64,000 bases of DNA from Azolla caroliniana. Taxonomy: Eukaryota > Plantae > Polypodiophyta. The DNA is taken from assembly GCA_043228905.1 (NCBI GenBank), contig JBHGNT010000021.1, forward strand, positions 2,790,001 through 2,854,000, written 5' to 3'. The translations under genes and the position numbers were made by a program. The notes under the pieces were generated by a model. It worked only from the letters and a program-made list of their open reading frames with translations, was not told the DNA's origin and made no database searches. This document shows positions 1 through 11,600 of this stretch, in pieces (position 1 is the first letter of the stretch; the number at the start of each line of letters is the position of its first letter).

Positions 1-9
1 CAACCGACA

Positions 10-2169
10 ATGCAGAAGAAAAAGGCGGAAAAAGGCAAGGAGAAGCTGGCAAAGAAGACCAGCAAGAGGCAAACCGACACCGAACCAGTAACGCTCGAAT
101 CGGAACCGGTACCAGTAAAGGAACCAATAGTGGCACCGACGGAGGACGCTGAAACAGAGGAAGACTCATCCGAACCGATGTTAATACTACCACCCAGGCA
201 AGGAAAGGAGAAACGAGCGACAAGACCGACCCCAACAGCGGACGGAACTCAGCAAAGGGCAAAAGAACCGCCTCCAGTAACCGGAACAGAAGCGACACAG
301 GATGAAGGTCCGTCTGCACCAGAGACGGCAGTACCGGAACCGACGGCGGCGGAGTTCGAGGAACAAAGAAAGGAACAAGCGCCGGAACAAGAGAAGAGGC
401 CGGAGAAACAGTCGGAAAAACAGCCGGAGCTAGGCACGCCTGCTGACACCAACGAAGGCAGAACAAAGGCACAATGGCTAAGGTGGTTGTCAGGGCAGTT
501 GTCGGGAGTAGCAGACCAGATGGAGAAAGAGGAGGAGCAAAGAGAAGAAGTGACTAGGACGATGACTAAGGATATGGTCATGCTCCGGGCACAATTAAAT
601 GAGCTGCAGGAAGAGATAGCACAGGCAAAAGAAGGCAGCCGACAAGCACAAGATGGCACCGAGCCGGTCGGGACATCAGAAAAGCAAGCCGAACCAGAAA
701 CGGAGAGGGCCTTGCAAACCGGCCCTGAGACCGAGAAGTTAATAGCAACTTTGAAAGAAGAATTACAGGCTCAGGAGGCATTGAGAGATAACGAAAGAGA
801 ACAGCGGAAGTTGGTAGAAGACGACAGACGGCGAATGGAGGAAGGCCTTCGCCGAAGCAAAGCCACCAATGACCGACTACAAGAAGAAAACGGGACACTG
901 CAAAAGGAAAGAGATAGGCTGCGCCGACGAATGGAGCAGGAAACTGAGCGGTTGCGAGAGGAACTCCGACAACAAAAGGACCGGGATGATCAGTTGCGAG
1001 CTCAGGCGAACCGACGCCTAAAACAGAAGACGGAGGAATTCGACAGACTATGTAAGGATTATAAACAGGCCACGTCGGACATCAAGAATCAGGCAGCAAC
1101 GTACGACCGACAGATAGAAAAGCTGAAAGAGCAGCTCAAGGAAAACCGCTTGGAATTGTCCAAAGCAAGGGAGGAAGTATCGGTGGAGAAGACCTTGACG
1201 TCGGAACAAAGAAAAGAGATGGAAGTACTTCGGCAGAAAGTAGGGGAGCTGACAAAGAGTTGGAACGAGGAAAAAGTGAAGTCGACTTTCGAAATCAACA
1301 AATGGCGGAGTACCTGTGACAAGCAAAAAGTCGACTCGGAAGCTCAAGCTCAGTTAATGGCCGACATCATCAAACGGATAAGGAAGGAAAAACAAGCAGC
1401 TTCGGAACAGGCTAAAGCAGGGGTTGACCGAATTAAGTTCATCATGTCAAGCTGGAGTACCCGAGCTCAGGCCAGCATAAATGAAAGCACGGAGAAACTC
1501 TGGAAGGAATGGGCACAACAGGCAGCTGAACTGCAGATACTCCGAGCTGATGCAAAAAATCGGAAGAAAAACGGAGATGGGTTCTATAAAATGGACGAAG
1601 AAAGTATCGTCAACATCCGGGAAGAATTGTCGGAGGATTTCTATGCCCTAGCAGAAGAGCATCTCAAGGAAATCCGAGGGTTAGTAGAGAGGTTGGATGA
1701 CGGGCAGCTCGAAACCCAACTGGAATTGGAAGGGTACGAGAAGGACCGACTGCGACAGGAAGCCGAGGGACGCACAACGCCGATCTCCATCAGTGAGGGC
1801 GAGCGATCGGCTGAAGAGAACCCAACCGACAACGCACCCCGACAAGAATTACCCGAGGAAGAACTTCCGGAGCAAGAACAGGTTGATGCCGGGGATGATG
1901 CAGAGTGGAGACAGAGAAGTACCGAATCCGGGGAGGAAAGGACACAACCAGTGGAAACCGGAGAGAGCGATACCGGGAACGGAACGGAGGTGGAGCAGGA
2001 CAGACCCGGACAAGATACAGAAGAAACACCGGTACTACCGGTAGAAGCAGAGTCGGAGCAGCAAGATGCGGAAAGGCAGCCAATCCAATCGGACGTCGGA
2101 GACGGCACAGGCAAAACAACACTTGAAACCTCGGAGCGGAGTTTGCCTGATAATTTGGAGGAAGACTGA
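10..2169 (+). CDS. E/K/Q-rich coiled-coil protein, probably an extra 3' ORF of an LTR retrotransposon; may be 5'-truncated by the window edge
   Basis: Uninterrupted 719-aa ORF with P/E/T-rich disordered ends and a long charged helical middle. The frame is open to position 1, and the stop lies 50 bp before a TGTT...AACA LTR-like segment. Confidence 0.6.
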   Translation: MQKKKAEKGKEKLAKKTSKRQTDTEPVTLESEPVPVKEPIVAPTEDAETEEDSSEPMLILPPRQGKEKRATRPTPTADGTQQRAKEPPPVTGTEATQDEGPSAPETAVPEPTAAEFEEQRKEQAPEQEKRPEKQSEKQPELGTPADTNEGRTKAQWLRWLSGQLSGVADQMEKEEEQREEVTRTMTKDMVMLRAQLNELQEEIAQAKEGSRQAQDGTEPVGTSEKQAEPETERALQTGPETEKLIATLKEELQAQEALRDNEREQRKLVEDDRRRMEEGLRRSKATNDRLQEENGTLQKERDRLRRRMEQETERLREELRQQKDRDDQLRAQANRRLKQKTEEFDRLCKDYKQATSDIKNQAATYDRQIEKLKEQLKENRLELSKAREEVSVEKTLTSEQRKEMEVLRQKVGELTKSWNEEKVKSTFEINKWRSTCDKQKVDSEAQAQLMADIIKRIRKEKQAASEQAKAGVDRIKFIMSSWSTRAQASINESTEKLWKEWAQQAAELQILRADAKNRKKNGDGFYKMDEESIVNIREELSEDFYALAEEHLKEIRGLVERLDDGQLETQLELEGYEKDRLRQEAEGRTTPISISEGERSAEENPTDNAPRQELPEEELPEQEQVDAGDDAEWRQRSTESGEERTQPVETGESDTGNGTEVEQDRPGQDTEETPVLPVEAESEQQDAERQPIQSDVGDGTGKTTLETSERSLPDNLEED

Positions 2170-2219
2170 AGCCGGCTGTGGGTTCGAAGTGCAATGCACT
2201 TTCCCACGGGCGTGCCATG

Positions 2220-2514
2220 TGTTGGCCGGTCAGAGAAGGCAAATGGGAAAGCAAGGTCGGATCGGATAAATATAGAAATAGGAATAGAATTATTAGGAGG
2301 GACGGATCCGGTAGTTGTAACCGATCCGGATCCGAACCGATTCGGTTTCGGTTAACGGTTGCCTACCGAGCACCGATTGTAATCTGGCCGGATGCCTATA
2401 AAAGGATCCGATGTTTTGTAATGGAAGCGCGAAGAATTAATATAGTTTTGCTTATGCTGATTAATCTTGTCTTCGTCTGTGCTTAAGTGTAATTATCATA
2501 CGCGTGTATTAACA
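2220..2514 (+). mobile_element. Probable 3' LTR (295 bp)
   Basis: Starts TGTTGG and ends TTAACA, with an internal CCTATAAAAGG TATA near 2395-2405. The partner LTR is not in the window. Confidence 0.55.
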
Positions 2515-2771
2515 TCCTATCCCTACCACCCCTTTGGAGAAGTGTCGGATAGACACCTGTGTTGCGGCTAGTCCAGCCATACATACAACAGTTGTGTGCA
2601 AAAGTCATCTAAGGCATTAAGGTGCCTTTGTAGGTCGTGTTCGGATTCAGAGAGCAAAACTATGTCATCTGCATAGAGCAAGATACGCACCTGCGTATCC
2701 CCAAGGACTACTCCATTGCCTCCCTTACGAGCAATAAAATCTGTCATGTGTTCTTGATATGTGCCTCCTTC

Positions 2772-2970
2772 CTAAGAAGGGGTATTCATAAATTCAAGCA
2801 CAAAGTCTCTATGTGTGAATAAAGCATTCGCATATGAGCTCAAACTTCTCGGTGGTGTCTTAAGTATGGCACTTAAGTTATCACTCCCTCTTAGTATGTC
2901 AGCATATCTTGAACGAATTGCACTATATGTTGAGCATGTGAAGAACAAGTGACATTCATCCTCTACCATG
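2772..2970 (-). mobile_element. Non-LTR retrotransposon (LINE) ORF2 3'-end fragment
   Basis: Translation VEDECHLFFTCSTYSAIRSRY matches the C-terminal E-x-H-x4-C-x2-Y-x2-IR zinc-binding motif of LINE ORF2. Confidence 0.6.
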
Positions 2971-3027
2971 TGTAGAGTTTGCAAGAGAGAGAGAGAGAGA
3001 GAGAGAAGTATATAATAGAGAGAAGTG

Positions 3028-3092
3028 AGAAAATTGGATTTCGAACCCAAGACACAGTGCTTGTAGTGTTAACAACTTACCACTAGGGTAAG
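3028..3092 (-). promoter_or_regulatory. tRNA-like Pol III A/B-box unit (SINE-like remnant)
   Basis: Minus strand reads TACCCTAGTGG (A box-like), then a T-arm hairpin TTGGG-TTCGAAA-TCCAA, then TTTT. Confidence 0.4.
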
Positions 3093-4916
3093 CTAATTAC
3101 GAGAAAAGAAGAAGAAGAGATGAGCATTACCAAATTAAGAGGATAGTATGAGTTGTAATAGGAAAATTTTGAAGAACCATGTACAAGAAAACATAAGGCC
3201 ATTAGTTTTGCGAGAGAAGAAGAGATGTATTAATGCTTATTTGATAAAAGTGTGAAGTCAAGCCATAGAGCTCTATATGAGGCCTGGCCCTTGTACATAT
3301 GATGCCTCTTGTATTTCTTCCTAACTAATGGGTAACATATTTTTTTGGAAAAAAATAGAAATAAGTATAAAGTCAACTTAGAGAAGTATGCTAATACTTC
3401 TGTACAAAAAAGTTAATCATGTAACAAACAGAAGTAGTGATACGCATTGACAATTTTGATTGTTCTTCATTTCCACCTTCAATGAAACTCATATGCTCTT
3501 ATCATCCTCGAATCTTGGATAGTTACCTACTTAAATTATCACAAACCGACAAAAGATAGATAGATATTCAAAAAGATAGTTTACCTTTGAGAAGCAAAAT
3601 TGATCACACTACAGTTAGGATCCAATGCTTTGAAATGATCATAATTTGGAATCAAGTTGGTTGCCATGATTAGCAATATCTCAAAGCAATCAAGATATCC
3701 CTCATATATTCCAAGTTGTTACCACATTACGTATTTGGAAAGTCAATATCTTTTTGACCCATTTTTCCAATGAAAAACTAGAAAGTTGTTGTTTGCCAAG
3801 ATACTACTCAAAGGTCTTCAATTTTGTGTACATTTCTATCTTTGCCATTTTAACTTTGGTGGTAATGGGCTATCATGATTCATAAGTTCATGGGTAGAAA
3901 TTCTTATTCTCACGCGTATTTACAACACCATACATCATTACTCCATCCAAAGTACATGCCACATCAATGCATTGTGCCAACAACCTCAAGACAATAATAT
4001 GCACATTGTATTGTTAATATTATGTGATTGGCCATGCTGATAATTGAGGCCCTTGATATATGGCAAAATATCCCAATGTTTGATATCTACATCCAATACA
4101 TATTTTAATGTTTGGTGTCCACATCCAATACATATTAAATGGACATATGTTATAATAATGCCAAGCTAAGAGTCAATTCATAGTTGGCATGATATTATGG
4201 ATACCGATTGTGTGATAGATACAAATCATGACACCTTTATTTTAGTATTTGAATATAGGGAGTCCAATATGATGATAATACATAATTATGTATCAACAAC
4301 ACATAGGATATCTCGAGGGAGTTTGATTATTTATCACGTGAGATTTAGGGTTCATCACGACACTCGTACATTTTACGATTGTCATGTATACACAAGAAAC
4401 AAGTCAGAGCCATAAGTAACTCCTCTTGAAGTGGAGCATGAGATTTTGATCATTTGGCACCTTGGGATGTACATATCGTCACGGGAAAAATATATATTCA
4501 CAATGTGAACCTTTGATGGCATTTCTAGAGCATGGTTGGACACATGATTATGGTAGAATTGAATTAGAACATGTTGGTTTTCATATAAGAATTTGAATTA
4601 AGTGTCAAAGTAGCAACCCTAAACGCTTGCTTTTTGTGACTACCATTCTAAGTTTTTGTGTACACATAATCTTTTGTTAATTTCTAATGCATTGATGTAC
4701 AATTTTTCTATCTCATGGAGTGGAATTGACATAGATAGGCCTTAGGTAACAATCTCAAATGCCCAACCTGTCCTGAGTAATAGTAGCCGTAACACTTTGT
4801 CTCCACCTCTCTCCATGCATAGTTGTAACTTGTGACACAAAAACTTAAGAACCCAACTTTGATTCTCTATGGTTTGATCTTGTTCCATAGATCATACACA
4901 AATTTCCTTGGATGTT

Positions 4917-4954
<38 letters not shown>

Positions 4955-5297
4955 ATGGATTATGCATTTCTAATTCTAATGTAGATAATGATTTGAACTT
5001 GATGCACAAATTAGTAAAAGCATGGCTTACCACTTACTTAGGCGTAACCCTAAATTTTTTTAAGTCTGTGTATAACAGTCTAGACGCACTAAAATTTGGC
5101 ATGATCAATTCCATTAATGTATCAATACATTCATTAAGAAACATTGACATTTGCGTAGTCGCAAGATAACTATTTACATCTCTCTACGTCTCTATGCCTG
5201 GTCACGAATATACAAACTAAAGGCTATTTCACTTGCAAAGCATAACCGGTCATTCGGGCGATCGTGTAAGCCCAAAGAGACTTGAGAAAGGCCATTA

Positions 5298-5375
5298 GTA
5301 TACATACATACATAACATACATACAAACATACATACATATATGTACATACATACACACATACATACATACATACA

Positions 5376-5407
<32 letters not shown>

Positions 5408-5410
5408 CAA
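5298..5410. repeat. (TACA)n microsatellite upstream of the PRS gene
   Basis: Directly visible imperfect tetranucleotide run. Confidence 0.9.
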
Positions 5411-5648
5411 TATGAAAGAAGTGCCCAAAAAGGCTCTAAAATTCTTTCTTGTTACCTCATTAATATGTATGTAATTCTCTTTCTTGAGTAGCTGCAGGGA
5501 CACTCTGTTTTTTCTATCCTTCTAAATTTGGATCAGGTGAGCATAATAGCAGCATTGACTATGCTCTGTTTCTTGCTCTGCTATCTCTAAACCCTACGAT
5601 TCACGAGAAAGAAGAAAGAAGAACGAATTTAGAAGAACCCAAATCACA

Positions 5649-5652
5649 GAAG

Positions 5653-5682
<30 letters not shown>
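5649..5682. repeat. (GAA)n microsatellite in the probable 5' UTR
   Basis: Directly visible about 30 bp before the ATG at 5710. Confidence 0.9.
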
Positions 5683-5685
<3 letters not shown>

Positions 5686-5709
5686 ATCTTAAAAGAAGGA
5701 AGAATAGGT

Positions 5710-6053
5710 ATGGGATCAGAGGCAGCTTCCAACTGTATGAGGGAGCCTCTCAAGGGCGTGCTTTTTGAAGAGACAATTGCGACCCTGCCTGTGGCAGCGG
5801 CCATTGCGGCTTCTACAACTGATACTGGAGAGATCACTCCTTCTTCTGTAGCGGTAGCAGAGGATGACGGGTGTCGCTTCAAGCGTGTCTGCCTCTTTTA
5901 TTGCCCCGAAACTGAAGAGCTCGCCCACAGAATCGCTGCTCAGTCAGATTCAATCCAGCTTAAGTGCGTCAACTGGAGGTAAATCATGCCCACCTCCTCT
6001 CTTGTCCTTACTTTGTTTGTTTGTTTGTTTGTTTGTTTGTATGTATGTATGTA

Positions 6054-6106
<53 letters not shown>

Positions 6107-8674
6107 GTGTGTGTGTGCCAATGTCCATGTGTTATACTATACCATTGTCATTGTTCATGTCCACTATCATTATCATTGTCCATTGTTGTTCATCATCTCC
6201 CATTGTCACCATTATTATCTGCATGCCCATTCATTTTCCCGCATGTACCACATCCTGCATCCCATCTCCAGTTCTGTTCTATGACCATGATCATGTGCTC
6301 TATCTGGGTCTGTCTCTGAGTCCATTGTAAAATGATCACGTGTCACTATTGGCTCCTTCATTGTCATGATTTTCCTCTTCCATGTGCAAATCAATACTTG
6401 TACATGCATATGTTTATCACATTCAATGGTTTGCCATTCCCCTTCCATATCCATGTCCTCATGTCACCATCTTCACTTGTTTATTTGCTTGAATGTTCAT
6501 ATGCCATCATCAGTACTTGTAACATGTATGTAGTACATGCATACCACTTGCTATGTTATGTATACGTTCATGAATTCATTTGCGATAAACGTAACAGGCA
6601 TAGATGCTCAATATACCATGGTATGCATATATGCATTGCTCTGGTTTGTATTTATTATACCTATTGTAAAAGCTTATTCCTTTTTGATGATTTCTAACTA
6701 CATTGTATTGCACCTTCCAGAACCTTTGCTGACGGGTTTCCGAACTTATTTGTACCAAATGCTCATGGAATCCGAGGCCAACATGCTGCTTTTTTGGCAT
6801 CTTTCAGCTCTCCAGCAGTGATATTTGAGCAACTATCGGTTATCTATGCGCTACCAAGGATGTTTGTGTCATCTTTCACGCTTGTTCTGCCCTTCTTTCC
6901 AACAGGAACATTTGAACGAATGGAAGATGAGGGTGATATTGCGACCGCTTTCACACTAGCCCGAATACTTTCCAACATTCCAATTTCAAGAGGGGGTCCA
7001 ACCAGCTTGGTTATTTTTGACATACATGCTTTGCAAGTGAGGAGGATCTCTACTTGATTTGCAAGGTATATGTTTTCATGTGTTGTTGTGGTGGTTCTCT
7101 CTCTTTAACTTTTGTGTTTCTATTTTATTTTAACAGGAGCGATTTTATTTTGGTGACAATGTATTACCTTGTTTTGAGAGTGGAATCCCCCTCCTCAAGC
7201 ATCGGTTGAGTCAACTTCCGGATGCAGCAAACGTGAGTTCCAGATGAATGAGCTTGTGTAATGGAAGCTTTGCAATACATTTACATGCATGTCTTTATTT
7301 ATGTATATGTATCCATATGTATGTACATCTCTATGGACGCGTGTATGTCTCTGTGTATCTTTGTATGTCTTAATCTACGTATATGCTATATGTATGTGTT
7401 ATAGAAATTAGATATATGAATTTAATTGATCTTCTTGGACATTTGCAAGGTCACAATTGCATTCCCAGATGAGGGAGCATGGAAACGATTTAACAAACTA
7501 TTGCAAAACTTCCCAACGGTAGTCAAAAAATCTTGTTTTTAATATATATATATATATGACGCAAGTATATGCTGGACTTCGTTTCCGAGGTCTCATATGA
7601 TGGGTGTTATGTATACAAGGTTATATGTACAAAAGTGCGAGAAGGTGATAAGCGGATAGTACGTATACGAGAAGGAGAGGCTGCAGGTCGGCACATAGTT
7701 ATCGTGGATGACTTAGTTCAGTCAGGGGGTACACTTATTGAGTGCCAGGTATGTATCTGGGTTTCTCTCCGTGATGCACACATAATGCCATCCAACACAT
7801 AGTTGTTGAAGTTATCCTTTGGTGTTTTTATGTATGTGCCATCCAAAACATGAAATTGTGAAAAGGAATTTGTTGTTTGGAGTGATTAGGTATATGTGAA
7901 TTTTTTAATAGTGATAAGTAATATTTAATCTGTGCATGTCATCCAAAACGTGAATTGTTAATAGTGGTCCTCTGTGTTATATGATGATTCCACATGTTTG
8001 TGTGACAAGTCTTAAATATGTAGCCATGGCCTGCAAGTTCAACAGAAGGCAATTTAAAGCCATGTTATTGTATGTTATTACATATGGAATGGTACCATTT
8101 AACACATTGAATAGGAAAGGGTACCTTTTCTTCACTAAGAATCCACACAAAGGGACCTGATGTAGAGGGTTCACATACAGTAGCCCAAAATTTTGAAATA
8201 AGATACGCCTAATGCATTTTTTGTGTTCTGATTGATGAGATTGTCATAGTCTTTTTCAACGTATCACATCTGTGGAGGCACGATCAATAATACTCACTGT
8301 ACATCTTGTGCAGAAAGTGTTACTAGGTCATGGTGCGAGAAAAGTTAGTGCCTATACGACCCACGGTGTCTTTCCAAACAAATCTTGGGGAAAATTTCTT
8401 CATAAAGGTGGGAGTGCCGGAAAAAATATTTGAAAAAATGTTAAACCTTGGGATCCAGATCACTTTTGGAACCTAATGGATGATCCAAGACTAAAATTAT
8501 GTGTAGTAATGTTTGTTTGTGCTGTTTTACTTTCTTGCAGACAATAATGATGGAGAATTTTCGTACTTTTGGATTACGGACTCGTGTCCCCAAACGGTAA
8601 AGGATGTTAAGGGTAAAGCACCGTTTGAAATTCTTAGTTTGGCGGGCTCTATTGCTGCTGCCCTCCAAGTCTAA
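5710..8674 (+). CDS. PRS4: Ribose-phosphate pyrophosphokinase, plant class II (PRS3/PRS4-like); 7 exons, 368 aa
   Basis: Exons are 5710-5978, 6721-7036, 7137-7232, 7450-7518, 7620-7748, 8314-8407 and 8541-8674. All introns are GT-AG and the frame is consistent (1107 nt). Motifs include [46 protein letters not shown], the PRPP-binding [19 protein letters not shown] and [11 protein letters not shown]3 versus PRS4 is not resolved. Confidence 0.93.
6012..6117. repeat. Compound (TTTG)n(TATG)n(TG)n microsatellite in PRS intron 1
   Basis: Directly visible. Confidence 0.9.
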
Positions 8675-11600
8675 AGGCTAATTAAATTGTTGCATTTGAC
8701 ATGTAGCTCTAACGAATAAGTTTGCATTTTCGAAGAAAAGAAATTGAAATAACATTTGATACGTGCTCAAATCTTGATTTGTCTCGAAAAATGATGTAAT
8801 CCTTTGTATAGTCCCTCTTATTGAGGATGCATGCGCATACCTTGTACATAGGGAACACCAATTGGCGGGCACTTTTTTCTCTATTTGGAAACATTTTTAG
8901 CTTAACCTAATTATATAGAAGCTACTCATAGTAAACTTGAGTGCATCATATAAAAATAGCTCCTTGGTATTGTGGTGTTTTGATCTTGGTGACATTGGAG
9001 AACATAGTGGTGATTGCAATGCTTGGTTAGGGCCGTTGTGTTCTATCAACTCATTTACCTGCAACTCTTTTGATTTCTATTCTCTTGTCTTCCTCATGTT
9101 TCCATATCCCTTATTTATGAAGGGTATGTGCATGCTTATAATGCGCTTGTTGCCCTATCCAATCATATAGGCAAGTTCTGTCCTCCACAACATTGTGTAT
9201 CATTTCTAATTGTTTGCGAAGGATTTGGATTAGTAGTAAATAGCCCATTGCAAGGTTGGTTTGTTCAATAAACTGCAATTTTTTACCATACAAATAGATT
9301 GCTTAAATGGAAATTATATTAGGAATTATGGGTTCTTTATATTTTCATATCATCATTATGATAGTATGTGGTTATGTAGGTTGATAATTAGAAAGAATAT
9401 AATTCTTTGCCAAGTAGATTTTGGTGTTATACTTTAGGTTTCTTGTGCCCCTTCAAATCCTTAACTTCCAAGGTGCATAGGATATCCTTGAGCAAATTGT
9501 CGGGAAACATTTTCCTTTTTACCTCACTTGTGTCAATTTGTTCTAATTGTTTTTTCTTTGTTTCAGGAAAGTAAATCTTTGCTAAATGTGTGAAACAATG
9601 TTTGGTGATTTACTTCCTAAAAACTAGATGTCTTGCCTAGTCAAAACTTATTGTTAGACATTTCTATATGTGGATTACAATACTTATCTTGAATGTGGCC
9701 ATTAACCTCTTTCAAATTTGATGTTCATTTGTCTTGTATCATGACGATACTAATCTCAAGTGCTGCAAACAAATTTCAATACTTTGTTTGTAAATAAGCT
9801 CAACCTATTTTAAGTGCACTAGTAGATAACAAGATATCTAAAAGCTTTCTCCATTCATTAAGTGTGTTTCAAAAAATGTGGGTTGGGAGGATGACCAAAA
9901 ATTGCTCTACATAAAGAATTTTGGACCAAGAAATTTTCACATATGTTTAAATAGTACAACTAGATGAGGTGTTGGTAAGGGAAATAATGTTATATTCTTT
10001 CTTTTTAAAAACCCTGTATAGATTAATGTTTCCAATTTAAAATATTGGCCATACACCAAATGTATGTCATAATTTCATAAATATGGCATATTGTAAATTT
10101 TCGGGAACCACCTTTTATTGGACAGGAATGTTAGTGACAAGTTGGCTTGTAATGTGAAAAGGGCCTCTTTATGAATTTCCAACTTTTATAAAGGAGTAAC
10201 AACCCTCAGTAAAAAAGAAATTTGGGCACCTTAACTTTGGGTCGTCTTTCTGTTCTCATTCTCTCCCTTTTGCATGCACTAAAAGCCACTTTTTTCGATG
10301 TAGACCAATTAATTGAATAGGCATGTTGTTTTACTTAATATTTATCTATTTAATTGAGAAACATCATATTTTTTATGCAGTAATTATCTATATAATTAAA
10401 ATAATCATACTTCTTAATGAATTTAGTGATTAGACGTGTGATAATTATATATTACATTAAGAAGTCTTTAAGATTTCTGAACTGTTAAGTGCTTTTATAT
10501 GTTGATGCATGACATGGTTTTTGCCATTAGGGAGTGATGTACCTGAATCCCTCGGTTAGCCCATTGGGAGGAAAGTGACCCCTCAGGACTCAAGTTCTCC
10601 ATAATCTCTAAGAATGTTCTCGTTGATGATTACATCAATATGTTAACTAGTGACTTCTAAGGAGGTAGTCATTCAAAGACTTGGTGTCTTTGCACAATGT
10701 CCAATTGAATGAGTGAAGACAATAAGTTCCTCTCTTGAACATAACCTTAGTCTTTGGGAGTGGAGTTGGTACACCTCCTATTACATACCCATTTGGATGT
10801 CATAAGCTTAGGTTATTTGTATAGGAATTGAAGCCACAAAAAAATATGGTTGGTATTTCAGAATGTTCATACAATTGACCATTGGTGTGGGCAAGTGAAT
10901 GCTCAACTCTAATGAATGTTTGAGTCTAACAAACACTTAACTCTAGTGAGCCGTTGAGCCTATGGATCCTTTGACTCTAGTAAGCACAAGAGTCTAAGGA
11001 ACACTTGGCTCTAGTATATCAAGCCCTTGTCTAGTGAACTTTGGACTCTAGCAAGACTTTGACCTTAGTGAGCCCTCGACTTGATTGGAATCCTCGTTCT
11101 CAACAACATTGTTTTACATAAAGGGAAATTTACATGAGACAACCCAAGAAGGGGTTTTAAGTCTTCTCCTACGATATCAGGCCCTCCCTTGTTAAGGTCC
11201 CCCACGATCCCACTGGAGTAGCACAAGTGACAAAGGTAGATCTTTTCCTGGTTGAAGATTGATAGGACAATCATAAGGTCAATGTCTTGGGAGGCTAGTA
11301 GCCTTGTCTTTATTGAAGACATCTTGGAATTGTTGATGCTTGGTTGGAAATAAGATTAATGACTTTTGTGGACAGGGTTGGAGTTGTTATTAATGCATAT
11401 ATAAACATTTCTTCTTACAATCCCTCTTTGTGTAAACTTTGTAGAGATAATTTGGAGATTGGATAGCACTGTAAACTTGAGTTGGAAGCAATAAGGAAGT
11501 TTGATATGTGGTTCTTTTAAGATTCTAGGATAGCACGTTGTCGCGTTGTTACGCGGGCGTGTGTAGAAAGAGGCGGGACCACGGGGGCCTTGAACCGAGG

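Noticed and set aside
5192-6330. ORFs with MYVC, HTYI or VCVC repeats
   Set aside because: Microsatellite translation artefacts.
10500-11534. Possible old retroelement remnant with short CTCTAG repeats, perhaps continuing at 17030-17500
   Set aside because: Too decayed to assign domains or boundaries by eye.
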